Of a stretch of DNA of 64,000 nt, positions 39,873 through 52,390 are shown one piece after another. The stretch's first letter is position 1. Every line of letters begins with the position of its first letter. Source of the stretch: the human T2T-CHM13v2.0 reference genome, Homo sapiens. The notes beneath the pieces are model-generated. The model made no database searches. It was given only the letters and a program-made list of their open reading frames with translations, and was not told the DNA's origin. The stretch is taken from assembly GCF_009914755.1 (NCBI RefSeq), contig NC_060936.1, one strand, 5' to 3'. The position numbers and the translations under genes were made by a program.

Positions 39873-42800
39873 TAATTTTTGCAGATCTTAAGTTTGGAGA
39901 GAAAAGACACAGCGTTTGCCAAACCTGTGTGATTTAAATTAAAAGTCTATCCTTCTGTTTCTATATAATCTTGTATGTGGGGGTGCCACATGATAATACT
40001 TATCGAACAGCTTGATTTGCTAGAAATCATTCCCTTATAACAAGCCAAAAATTAACTTTCCCTAAGCTCCACTCATTGGTCCCAATTCTACACTTTATAT
40101 CTATTTGCATACAGTAGACCTGAGTTAAAGAAAACTCTCATGTTCTCCCTAGCGTTTCTCTTCTCCAGGACAAAAATATTCAATTTTTTTCCCAAAATTC
40201 CTGACTAGTCATACAGAGTCTTCGCTATTTTAAGTTGCTGTATACCTCTTAACCTGGTTTTTATATGAGAGCTTGTTCAATGTACCTTTTAAAGTGGGCC
40301 TCCAGAACTGAACGGGTGCAGGCAGTCTGACCATTTCAGAGTCCAGTAGTACTCTGATGTCTCTTGTTCTGGATGGTCTATTTCCAAAAGCACAATCCAA
40401 CAACCGTGTATCATTTTGTAGACACATACTGAGCTGACAGTACGCTTTCCTGCTTTGTTCTATTCAGTCATTCTCCCCCTCCCCTATTCTTCACTTTTTT
40501 TTTGGAAACCAAAAATCAGGACTTCATAAGCAGCCCTGTTAGATTTCATGTTATGCTCAGACTAGGGCTATAGACAAGATCAGAGAAAACCACCCCATAT
40601 TGTTAAGCAGTTACCCTCCCCCACCCTTCACCCACCCTTTACTGCTTAAGAACATTTGGGGAGAAAAGGAACTCCATTCCAGGAATATTACTCCAATACT
40701 TTCACTGCCTCTCTAGAACTGCTGAATAGAGCCATCAACTTGGAAAATCTATTGTCTTTGAGTCTCTGACTCCTTTAAACATTGTTCTTGGTTGACTGAA
40801 TGCCATTTATCTATGGAACACCCCTCCCTGTACTTTTGAGAAGTCAACACCTATTCAACTTATTGCACAAACTCGATTATGTTTTAGACAATATAATTAG
40901 CCTCCTTTTTATATTAGAAAAAAAATTCTGCATCCCTCTGAAGATCTTACAGTGCTAAGATTAATCCTTATTTAAAAATTGTATGCAGCATTTTGTAGAT
41001 TTCCACAAATCTGGTCAGTGTCCTCAGTCCACTGGCCACTCCAGCTGAGAGTAGTAAAAGAGAACACAGAAAGGACAGGTGGCAAGAATACTAATCAGAG
41101 CATTCCCCATCTTTGACCATGAAACTCACAGAATCAACATACATTCACAATTAGAAAAATAATGTCCCTTCCTTTCTGCCTTCAACACAATCTTAAAAAT
41201 TCAAACTTGGAGAGTGTATTACGTTTTTTTAAGTTTTAACAAGAAGAAGAAGATAGCATAATTATCTTAAAATGTAGAATATAAGTTCATCTCCCAAAAG
41301 GCACAGCAGTTTGTTTCAGAAGAATATTTGGCTCAAATCTTTATAATGCTGCTCCAAATTTAACCTTTGTCTTTTAAGGCATAAAATTCAAAGGTCAAAT
41401 TCAAGTTGGATACTCAAAGATGAAACAAAATAATTATCTGATTAATTCAATCAGCTAGTTTACATCATTAAGATTCCTACACTTTAAGTAATTTTTAAAA
41501 AGTCATTATTTACATAATTTCCACAACTTTCCATTTCATGTTATTTGAGAAATATGTTATTTTGAAAAGAACCTTGCGGTTGTAATATCAAAGATTTTCC
41601 ATACACTGCTTTGGGTGAGGGAAGAACTGTTACCACTGCCTTTTAATTTTTCCCCACTGTAAGCGTTGTGCTTAAATAGCCTATTAAACTATTTACTATA
41701 TGTGAGAAGGCCATTGAATGAATGATTGTTACCACATTGCAATGGGAAGTCAGTCGTAAATCTAAGAAGTTAACAAGAAAAACTAAATCAATATTAAATA
41801 AATGAATCAGGTTAAGAGTCAAAATTATACTTCACTCGCGTAGTTAAAAATGTGCTGGTCTGATCCTACTCTTTGGAAAGAGTGAAGCAATATTGTGAAA
41901 CAATGATGAGGGCCATTGATTTAATCAGTTATTAAACTTTTTAATATAAACCTAATTTTGGCTGTCTGAGCTGAAACTTAATGCAAGTTTATTTGGACAG
42001 TACATTTTCCTTTGCTTGTACAATGTTAAATAATACAAAGACCTGGGCATAAAAATCATTCTTATTATTAGAAAAAGGAGAAAAAAAGAAAATCTAGTAA
42101 ATGCCTTAAATTAAAGAAGATTATTGTACAGATGTAAACCTTATTAACTGTACCTTGGTATCCTGGTTATTTATGTAAAATTCTTTATTGACAGCTTAAT
42201 TCTACCATGTTATTATTTGCTGTTAATACAAATGAACATTATAAATAAGAATATATGAAATTCATTTTAGAGTTATAACTAATAATATGAGAAACTATCA
42301 TTTATTAAAATCACCTGTGGGATCTCTAAACTGTTTTAAAATGCCAACTTTAGAAATGAAGCCAAACCAAGTGCATCATTTTCTATCCTTGATTAGAGCT
42401 GTACTGATTTTCAGCTTCTATATTTATTTTTAAGAAAAAGATAAACACAGGACTTCATAAACCTCCAGGGATAAACACTATAATTTACAAGAATTATGCA
42501 AAAGGCACAAAGTAGAAAGGACTGGGAAGCAGATGGAGAAAAATAAGACCTGCTTAAAGTAATTTCTCAAGCAGCAGAGAAGATAAAGTCATCTAGAAAA
42601 CATCTTTAGCATTACTTTTACATGCTCTATTTACTGAACTGACCCAACCTTTCTTTTCTATCTAGTAAACTGGCCCAAACTTTGATGGCTTGAGACTCTT
42701 CAAACGTCCCTATAAAATAAGTACACACACACACCCACACCCACACACACACACACGCACATGAATGTCTGTCCACCTATTACATGGAATTTTTTGTCCA

Positions 42801-44631
42801 TTTCCACTTACCTGGACTGCCAGAGATTTTCTGAAGTAAAAACCCAGTATCATATCATGATGAAATAACTGAAGCTAAGTGTGGGACCTCTTTTGATCTC
42901 CACTCCCGAAATCTAACACTGAAGACTTAATTCCACAGCGATGCCATCATGATACGGTATCAGATATTTGGGTTTTAGGTCTCTACTCCAGAAGTCTTTT
43001 CCTGATACTCTAATATATGGTGATAAATGTCTCCTTAATTTGCACAAGAGTTTTCAATTGCCCTCACAGGAGACCACCTTGAAGGAGCGAGTAAAAGGTT
43101 TAGTCATGGTTTCTATTTTGCTGTTTGAATTCAATACATTCTAGTTAAATGGACAATTAATAGGTCACTTCCAAAATAGTAGTGTATCAGTCCCGGTTAA
43201 TAAAGAATCCCCACAGTTGATAATGGGCCCTATGTATTCAGCAAGTCCCTGTATACACTCAGCTCATCCACTAAATCCCTTTTCAGGTAGACAGGGTTAT
43301 ATGGGAAGATGAGCTAGAATGAGTCTATAAAAGTCAGTTTCATTTACTGCTTTATTTTTCAGTCAAGTGCTTTAAATGGTGTCCAGAAATTCACTTGGAA
43401 TGTGAGACAGGAGAAAAGACTGACACACAGAGCCTTGCTTTATGACCATACAAAAGGGCAACTGACCCTTGCCCAAGCCTTTTCCATGTGAAATGGTTCC
43501 TAAAGTTCATCTGCAGAGTGAAAAATCGTGGTGAGGTCGCGTGTGGATGAGTCGAGTGAAAGTGACGATTGGTCACGGGTCTGTCACCCATTGTGGCCAG
43601 GCCCCAGCCATGTAAAGTGCTCTGTGGGAAAGTATCAGCCCCCTAAAGAGATGCTTAGAGCCTGCAGCTCATTAAACGGCCAGCATTTGCTGCCTCACTT
43701 GTCAGGAATTATTCTGTCGAGCAACTGCTTTCCTGAACCATTCCCAAAACACATGCACAGAGGCAGCAGCGATCTGAATTCAACCGTGATGGGGTTCGGC
43801 ACAAGAGCCTGACTCAACTCTTAATTTCACTTTTCACCTGACAGAGCTGTTAAGCTGAGTAAGTGTTTTCTCTTGGGCAACTGAAAGAAATGCACCCTTC
43901 CACTGGACCTCTTTACCATAAACTCAAATTCCCTGCCTAGATGTTCTCATCTAATCCAGAAATCTCAAGACCAAGGGGAGTTTTACTTTTATGCCTGCAT
44001 TTTTCCTTTGAGTGTGAGAGTGTGTGTGTGCACACTGCGAGATTTTGAAAGTCTGTCATTCTCACTCCACCCCCAGACTCTACTAAAATGTTGCTTTTAC
44101 AATGTTGGGAGAAGAGTTCTCTTGAAAATATTTCCAACAGTTCTGGTTGGTTACCTTCAAGATGCCAAAAAGGAGAGATTTATCTCCTCTCACGATCTTG
44201 ACAATTTTAAATTATTCTCCATAGACACTTAGTGACTTTCTGTGTTACATTTTAAGTGGAATGGAAATTTTACACAGCACAATTTTTCGCCTTCCTTCCT
44301 TTCCTTTTTCCTCTTCTTTAAAGGAGTGTTGCTACACATTTCAGAAAAGCCAAACTGGTCCCTCCGAGATCTTTTATATCAAATGGAAAACAAGTTGCTT
44401 TCGGTGATGTGTCGGCCCTGGGTTTCAATGCCATTAGAACTGCTCACAATTGCTCAGTGTGCTGAGGTTTGATAAATCTCTGGAAACCTCTTGAATAAGA
44501 TCGCTGTGACTTTTAGTGAGGAATTAGCTCCTTGCCATTGCATTACCAATTAGTTTTCCAGAGCACATTAAATCCTGCAGCTTTGGTTTACAGAATAACT
44601 GAGGCATTGCTGATGAAGGATAAAAACTTAC

Positions 44632-44727
44632 TTGGAAAAGCAGTGGAGGATGCAGGGCGCCGACAGGACCCACCGCAGCACGCCGAGTAGAATGGCGGGG
44701 TGCTCAGAAGGAAAGGTTTGGAAGGTG
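44632..44727 (-). CDS. DBX2: DBX2 coding exon 2 (96 nt; APSKPFLLSTPPFYSACCGGSCRRPASSTAFP)
   Basis: Acceptor gctttctctgcag|CA and donor CCAA|GTAAGT. Local CpG/GC spike in an AT-rich intron. Phase 1-1. Confidence 0.95.
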
Positions 44728-45029
44728 CTGCAGAGAAAGCATTGATCTCATTGATTAGCCATTTCTTTAAGACAATATTCAAAACTCCAGTTTCCTAAAA
44801 GTCATTGAGTAAATACTTTGCTTAGTTTTTTAATTTGTATTGAAATTAAAGTTATTATAAAGTAGCCTTTGTCTGTCAAAGAGCATGCCAAATAATCTCA
44901 TCAAGATTTGAGAGGGGTAGTGAAAAGACGCAAAGAGACTATGAAACACCAAGCTTCTTAGATCATTTTCTGTGCGGTCATCATTATAAATAGTAAACAT
45001 CAAATATTCCTTTATTTAAAATACCCTAG

Positions 45030-45230
45030 AACAACACTGTCCAAGAAAACTATCTGTGATGATTGGAAATGTCTATGTCTGTATTGTTCAAAATGGTATC
45101 TGCTACCCACATACAGCTACTGTACACTTAAAATGTAGCTAGTATAATGAATAACTGCATATTTACTCTAAATTCACTTATATTTAAATAGACTCATACG
45201 ACTAGGGATTATATTAAATAGCACAGCTCT
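45030..45230. mobile_element. MER3-like hAT MITE
   Basis: CACTGTCCAAGAAAACT..TGTGATGA..GGAAATG..CACTTAAAATGTAGCTAGT..ATAGCACAGCTCTAGA. Confidence 0.6.
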
Positions 45231-47205
45231 AGATATCCTACTTACCAAGAAATGATTTAAATGTTATGTGCTTACATTTAATTTTTAAAGTTTATATCTC
45301 TTTGCTTATTTTCAGATGGTTCTTTGAAACATATAGTTAGTTGGATTCCAAAGTTGGTAACAGTAAATTTACTGAGCAATTCCATAACAAAAAGTGGTGT
45401 TTCTGATCACATTTACATGACTTAAAGTATTTGAGAATAATCCCATTTTATCTCAAGAGTAATCTAGTCACCCTGAAGATATATGTGTTTCTAGTATAGT
45501 GAGTTGCCATGTAATTCTGCTCTGCATAGTTTTATTAAAATAATCTATTCATAAAGTTTTCAGGAGAAATGCATGAACTATTTATTATTACTCCTGTGCA
45601 AAAGTATGAAAGAGAGACCCATTTTGGTGGCCAAAAACTTCTATAAAATTTTTTGAAGTCTCATTAGTATAAGTTGTTCTATTATTTTGACTATAAAACC
45701 ATCATAGAAATGATGAATCATCCCCTTTGAATTTAACATTTTAAGTTAAACTCTTTCCTCAGTAGATGAGAACAGCTATAAAGGATAAAACATGAATAAT
45801 AACTCTCCATTATTGAGCACTTACTGTATGCTGTGCTTTGGTTAAGTGCCTTAGACACACCATGTCCTTTCATAGAATAGGTTTAATACAATATAACTGT
45901 AGGTGGAGATTGCCTAAAGTGGGCACTTGCCCATACCATGACACATTCAACAGAGTGCCTAGCACATTCTAAACAGTCAAAAAATTTTTTAGTAAATGAA
46001 CAAATGGTCTTCCAAATGAACAAACAGAAAACTTCCCTGGTCTTAGGGAAAGAATGAGGATCAAGAATTAATCCTTCCCCTGCTTCCTGACCCATCCTAA
46101 AACATGGTGTCTCTCATAACTGATGACCTTGAAATCTAAAACATGACTTGAAAATAAATATTTTTATTATTATTCTTTCATATTCAAGGGACAACTTCTT
46201 TCCTTTTCTTAATCACATTCGTGAATATTGTTTCCATATGACTACATACCTTTTTGAAGAACACAGTAATTTCAGACTTGTATTTTAACGAACTGATGAG
46301 CTGTTTATATTTATTTTCACAATTTCTTTGAAGGATGTATCAAAATAAGTATAGTTTCCAATAAGAATTTTTATAGCATTTCAGGGTCCTGGGTGCTTTA
46401 AAATTGCAAATTAATCATAAATGCAGTTTTCTTCCTAGCACACAATGGGAAGTTGTTAACATTAATGCTTTTAGGTTTTTTTTAAATACTTGGGTTTTTA
46501 AAGAATCAAGTGTTTGTTTTAATGCTGTTTTGAAAATATGGCCGCTAAGCAAAGGCATAAAAAGGAAACCAATTCTGATGTTCAAAAAGTTTTATAAATT
46601 TTTTTGAAGTTTCATTGTTATCATAAGTTGTTCTTATATTGACTATAAAACTGTCATGGAAATTATAAATCATTTCATTTGAATTTTACATCTTAAAGTA
46701 TGTTACAAGAGTATGGCATTATTTATGCAGATTTACATTTTCATTATTGCTATGGATATATGAAGTACTTCAGAAAGAAGAAATATAAAAGTTGCCTAAT
46801 TATGTTTATTTTCAAGCATTTCTGTTAGCTAACTTATTTCCCCTCCAAGATAAACATTCTATAAATAATAAAATGATGGCTCTTGCACTGTTTTGTTTTG
46901 GACTTTTGTTGTTATTGTTGTTGTCTTTTGAGGTAAAAGAAAAAAAAGACTCAGCAATGTTACATTTGCTGACATAAAATTAAACATTTACCATGTTAAC
47001 TGGAAACAGAAAACAAAAAAAAAGGTTTTGGTTTTGTTTTTTGCTTAATTAGGGCATAGAAAATGTGATCATACTACTGATATCATTAATATAAGGATGC
47101 AATATGTATGCAATATGTGTGTGTGTATATATTGCATACATATTGCATCCTTATATATACATATATATATTACAAATTTTTCTATTCTAACCAAAATGTT
47201 TCTCA

Positions 47206-47371
47206 TCCCAACCCTAGGGCCCTAAAAGTGGGAAAATAAAATATTTTAAAAATGGATGGTTTACTTAAAATAAATGATCAATTAAATTCCCAACCCTAGG
47301 GCCCTAAAAGTGGGAAAATAAAATATTTTAAAAATGGATGGTTTACTTAAAATAAATGATCAATTAAATTC
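47206..47371. repeat. Perfect 82-bp tandem duplication
   Basis: 47206-47287 is identical to 47288-47369. Confidence 0.95.
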
Positions 47372-47885
47372 TTAGTGATAAATGTGGTTTACAGATATCT
47401 GATCTTAATGCTGAATTTAACCAGAAAAACCATTTTAATTGAATAGTCTATTATATCTCTCTACATTACCCTATCTTAATATAAAAAAGCTGTAATCAAA
47501 ATGACAGTATCAAAATCTGTAATTGCAAAAAAAGTAATCATAATCTACAGTAACAATTCTAGTTTTGACTAAAGAACTGGACTTCTTCACATTTTGTGAT
47601 GTGACCAGGCTTGAAGTTCTATTGTGTACAATTTTTCACCATTTTAAATCACCTTTTTGACATGCATATTTACACACGAGTTTAAGTCAATTCCTGATTG
47701 CTATACATAAATACATCTTGTTTAAGCTGGTTTATGTGAAAATCACTGTAAAATTCCAATTAAGTGCTTTTTTTTTTTACATGTTCCTATTTTGACCTAA
47801 GTCAAATGCTAATCCAGTGAGCACATGATTGCAGGAGCACTGAATGGCCTTAAGAAATCACCATTTAAAACAATGCACTGCATTG

Positions 47886-47889
<4 letters not shown>

Positions 47890-47932
<43 letters not shown>
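47890..47932. repeat. (TA)~21 microsatellite
   Basis: Visible run. Confidence 0.95.
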
Positions 47933-47936
<4 letters not shown>

Positions 47937-48603
47937 CACACTTTTAACTTTAGTGAACCATATACTTTTTTTAAGTAATGACCAAAACAGGAAACTCTGC
48001 TTTGATGAAAACAAAGTGACAAGTTGATAGATGTGCTGTAAACCCTTAAGAATTACTTGGAAGGTGCTCTGAAAAAGGTAGAAAAGGTAATTTGATCCTA
48101 GATAAAATGCATTTCAAACCCATCAGTGCCATCTAGATGCAGTTGCTTAATCATTTATCATGTTAGAAATGATTAACTGTAGGCTCACTGAACAATATTT
48201 ATAATGATAATATTTAAGGAGTGCTTACTATATATCAGGCACTGGACTAGCTACAAATTTAACACATGCTAACTCATTGATTCATTAACATTCGACACAT
48301 CTGAAATGTGATTATGACTGCTCACAGCAAATTAAAAGAAAAAAGGACGAGAAAAACAATAAAGATTTAACATAATAATTAATTACTAGCCATGAGGGAT
48401 AGAGATTTCATGCACCATGACTCTGCCAGCTATTCAGTAAGAGCTAGACCCTGGACAACTGACACATCTCCCAAGATTTCCATGAGAGAGAAAAAAAAAA
48501 TGGCCTTTCCTCTGGAAAAAAATATAAACAGTTCAGGTTCTACAGCATGACGTCAGGTTGTATTAACACAACATCTCGAGACACTCCAAATTTCATATCC
48601 TAC

Positions 48604-49043
48604 TATGATGGTTAATACTGAGTGTCAACTTGATTAGATTGAAGGATGCAAAGTACTGGTCCTGGGTGTGTCTGCAAGGGTGTTGCAAGGGAGATTAACA
48701 TTTGAGTCAGTGGGCTGGGAAAGGCAGACCCACCCTTAATCTGGGTGGGCACTATCTAATCAGCTGCCAGTGCAGATAGAATATAAAGCAGGCAGAAAAA
48801 AGTGAAAAGACTAGACTGGCCTAGCCTACCAGCCTACATCTTTCTCCCGTGCTTCCTTCCCTCAAACACTGGACTCCAAGTTCTTCAGTTATGGGACTCG
48901 AACTGGCTCTCCTTGCTCCTCAGCTTGCATACATCCTATTGTGAGACCTTGTGATCTTGTGTTAATAGTTAATAAACTCCCCTTTATATATATGCCTATA
49001 TATCCTATTAGTTCTGTTCTTCTACAGAACCCTGACTGATACA
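48604..49043 (+). mobile_element. MLT2A1/A2 (HERV-L) solo LTR, complete, 5-bp TSD
   Basis: TATGATGGTTAATACTGAGTGTCAACTTGATT..GGCAGACCCACCCTTAATCTGGGTGGGCAC..AATAAACTCCCC..GAACCCTGACTGATACA. TSD CCTAC at 48599-603 and 49044-48. Confidence 0.92.
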
Positions 49044-50595
49044 CCTACCAATCAAGCTTCCAATTTCTGTGTGAAACTGTTATGAGTTACAAACAAAATG
49101 ACTTAAAAATTTTGGAACTAAACTGGGGCTTGTCTGAATCCAAATGACTAAAATTATGTATTCAGAGAAAACTTCATGAACTTTCCGTATGACTTATTTG
49201 AAGATACAGATTCAAGATATCTTTTATCTTGCATGTTTATTTAAGATGGGAACTTATAGCCAACCTAATGGTGAACTAGCCTGATTTTTTTTAACTTAGC
49301 TGACTAGATGTTTCTGTGATACAAGTATCCCATAGCCAAGCAAGGTTACAAGTTTAGCTACTGAGAAATTATTCTGTTTTCTAGAAAACAATAATTTTTT
49401 AAATTGTTTTTGTCCTTTTTATTCTCCTTTAGTAATGGAGAAGAACATCAGGAATCTAAATGGTGTGAAACCACATTCTTATTGGCAATACAAACAAATT
49501 ATGGTACTAACTGACTTGAACTGACATTTCAAAGGAAGAATACTAAAGACCACTAATAAAACCTTCAAATAAATTTCAGGAACCACTGCATTTAAGAAGG
49601 ATGAGGAGAAATGATAGAAGGTTCCAAAGTATCTTACTAAGGCAACCACTGGGGGGAAGAAAAAAAAAAAAACCTCTAGGAAAGAATGACAGGGAAGTAA
49701 ATAATTAAGAATATTATTATAACAAATAATAATATTAATAAATTAATTAAAACTAATCATTAATAATGAATTAAAATAATTAACTAAATAATAATTAATA
49801 AATAATAAATTAAAATTAATAAATTATAAATAAAATAATAATAAAGAATGACAGGGAAGTAAATAATTCCAAAAGGATGGTTTTAATGACCTCTTTCACA
49901 TGCCAGGTACGTGGCCACTAAGAAGTCAAAAATCTAAACTTCTGACTTGCAAATAATACACAATTGAACCGACAGTCTAGGGTGGAGGGCACCCAAAACA
50001 AGACTCCAAAGAGCAGCAAACATCTATCTTGAATAGTTAGAACAAAGAAATATCAATTAGCTAATGAAGTTTGATTTATTTTAATATTTAGTCCACCTGA
50101 AAGTAATTTGTTTATGTGATCTAATTGCAAACCTTGCCTTCAATCACCACGCATAGCAAGTTAGGTAAATTCATCCTTTACTTTTCTGTTTATCAGAAAA
50201 CAAGAGAAGCCCGCATTTTTTGCCTCAAAAGTGTTTTAAAGACAGAAAAACAAAGGGTCTTAATGTTTTGGTAGAGCTCATGAGAAGATATATCAAGTGC
50301 AGTGTCTACTTGTTTGCTTCTATCCTTTCAATTTAGGGCAAATAGTATGTACTGCCTATCTGTCAAGTGCTGAGCACTGCACTGTGTGCTGGGACTACAA
50401 AGATTGAAAAAGGAGTTTCCTTCCTGGAATAATTTATATTTTTTAATATTCTTTAACTTACAGATTTGAGTCTGCTGGTTAATGAAATGAAATGTAAATT
50501 TCTCAGTTACTCCAAGTTCAGTTTTGTTCAGTGAAACCTGACACACTCCCCAAGGAGATGCAATCTAACAAAATTCATACTGTGCACATCCATAG

Positions 50596-50770
50596 CCAGT
50601 GGTTCTCAACCCTGAATACACATTAGAATTGTCTGGGCTGCTTCTCAAAGATACAGATGCCTAGCCCCCACATCAATTGTTTTAAATCAGGCTGGCTAGG
50701 ACTGGACACCCGCATAACATTTTTTCACTTTGTAGGTGATTATAATATAGAGCAAGGATGAGACCGTGAA
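50596..50770. mobile_element. MER5-like hAT MITE
   Basis: CAGTGGTTCTCAACCCTG..CACATTAGAAT..ATACAGATGCCT..AGGTGATT. Confidence 0.6.
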
Positions 50771-51779
50771 AAGAACATAAAACAACACCTGACACATTGT
50801 AGACATTCAATAAATGTTAGCCTCTCCTCCTGCCATTAGTATATAATCTGAGATCAAGACTAAAACAGCACATAAAAAAGCTGTATTGTGCAGACTTCTA
50901 CTGAAATACAGAATAAAAAGAAAAGGATATTTTAAGAAAGCCTTGTTCAAAGAAGGCTTTAAGCAGGAGAAACATCTTAATCAGGGCCTTGATTTGGAAA
51001 GTACTTGGAAGGGCAAAAGAAGAGAATGAAACCATTCCAAGAAGAAAAGGTTGCAGGGACAAAGGAAAAGAGGCAAGGATGGTGTTAACACATGGGGCAG
51101 GTGAAGGAGACCAGCCTGGCTACTGGGACAAAGCCCCACGGGTGAACATTAAGCAATGTGGCTAGAAGAGTTAAATGCAGTTGATGGAATGAAGGCCTTA
51201 AAGGCCAAACTAGGTAATTTCATTTAATCTGTAGTCAAATTGGATAATTTAGGTTTTCCTCAATAGCTTGGTGACATGATGAACACTACATTTGAGAAAA
51301 GTTCACCTGGCAGTGGTGGACGGGATGCAGCGGAATAAAGAAGGGCCAAAGGGAAAGCTGCTATGCAGTAACAACATGCTGTAGCAACAGGTGATGACAA
51401 GCATTTGTGTGAACACTTCCAGCAACATCTTATCTATCCTCACAACACCAACAAGTTGACAGAGTCTGGCTTCCCTCCAGCTGTGGGACGTTAGTTCACC
51501 ATGACCATCACAGGTGCCCAGGGTCATCACCTCTGCTGCCTTACCCTTCAGGGAGTCTCAATTAGACCGCTCTGAAAAAATGATCTAAACTCGAGGAGAT
51601 TCCTTGCTCTTTTTATTATAAAGTCTATGTCACAGAAGAGAATACTATAAGCCTTTGTGAAGGTTCCCTGAGCTCCCGGCTATACCACTCTGTGTGATTA
51701 ATTCCTGCATTGGTCTACTCCAGCAGAAGACAGACCTAGCAGGAAGTGTATCTGATATTGGTTATCTTGATTTCACCCT

Positions 51780-52390
51780 GGGACAGATTTTAAATGATCA
51801 CAAATTATTTGGTACTCCTTCCATTGAAAGGTGAGGTCTGTTTCTTCTTCCTTTGAATTTGGAATGGCCTTGGTGACTTGCTTAACCAAGAGACATGGCA
51901 GATATGACACTCTGAAACTTCTGCAACTAAGTCTTATGAAGTTCCAGAATGTCACTTCCAAGACTAAGTCATAAGAAACTGCAAGGCTTCATATGACCTA
52001 GTATTGGAAGTATCAGAATGTCCAAAGTTCCAAAGCCACATGGGTTTTTGGAATGTGTGCTCTTGGTGTTCTCCCTTTCAGAATCCAGCCACTCTGCTAT
52101 AGAAAGGCCAAGAAACTTGGAAAGCCCAAGTGTGAATGCTGCAATAAACAGCTCCAGTTGAGCAACCAGTCAACAGATGGCATCAGTGCCAGCCATGTGA
52201 GTAGCCATCTTGGACATCCAGCTCAGTCAAACCTTCCCATGAGTTTAGTCCCAGTTGACATCTAACATCACTCAAGATTCTAAGTGGGAACCACCCAACT
52301 GAGCCCAGTCAGCCCACAAAACTGTAAGAGAAAATAATAAATTGTTCTTCAAGCCACTGAGTTTTGGGATGGTTTCTTATACACAACGCC
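51780..52390 (+). mobile_element. MLT1F/G/H-like MaLR LTR
   Basis: GTGACTTGCTTAACCAA..GCCAGCCATGTGAGT..CCATCTTGGA..CACCCAACTGAGCCCAG..AAGCCACTGAGTTTTGGGATGGTTT. Confidence 0.75.

Noticed and set aside
39500-40560. Possible CR1/L3 fragments
   Set aside because: Resemblance is too faint to set boundaries by eye; needs a Dfam HMM search.
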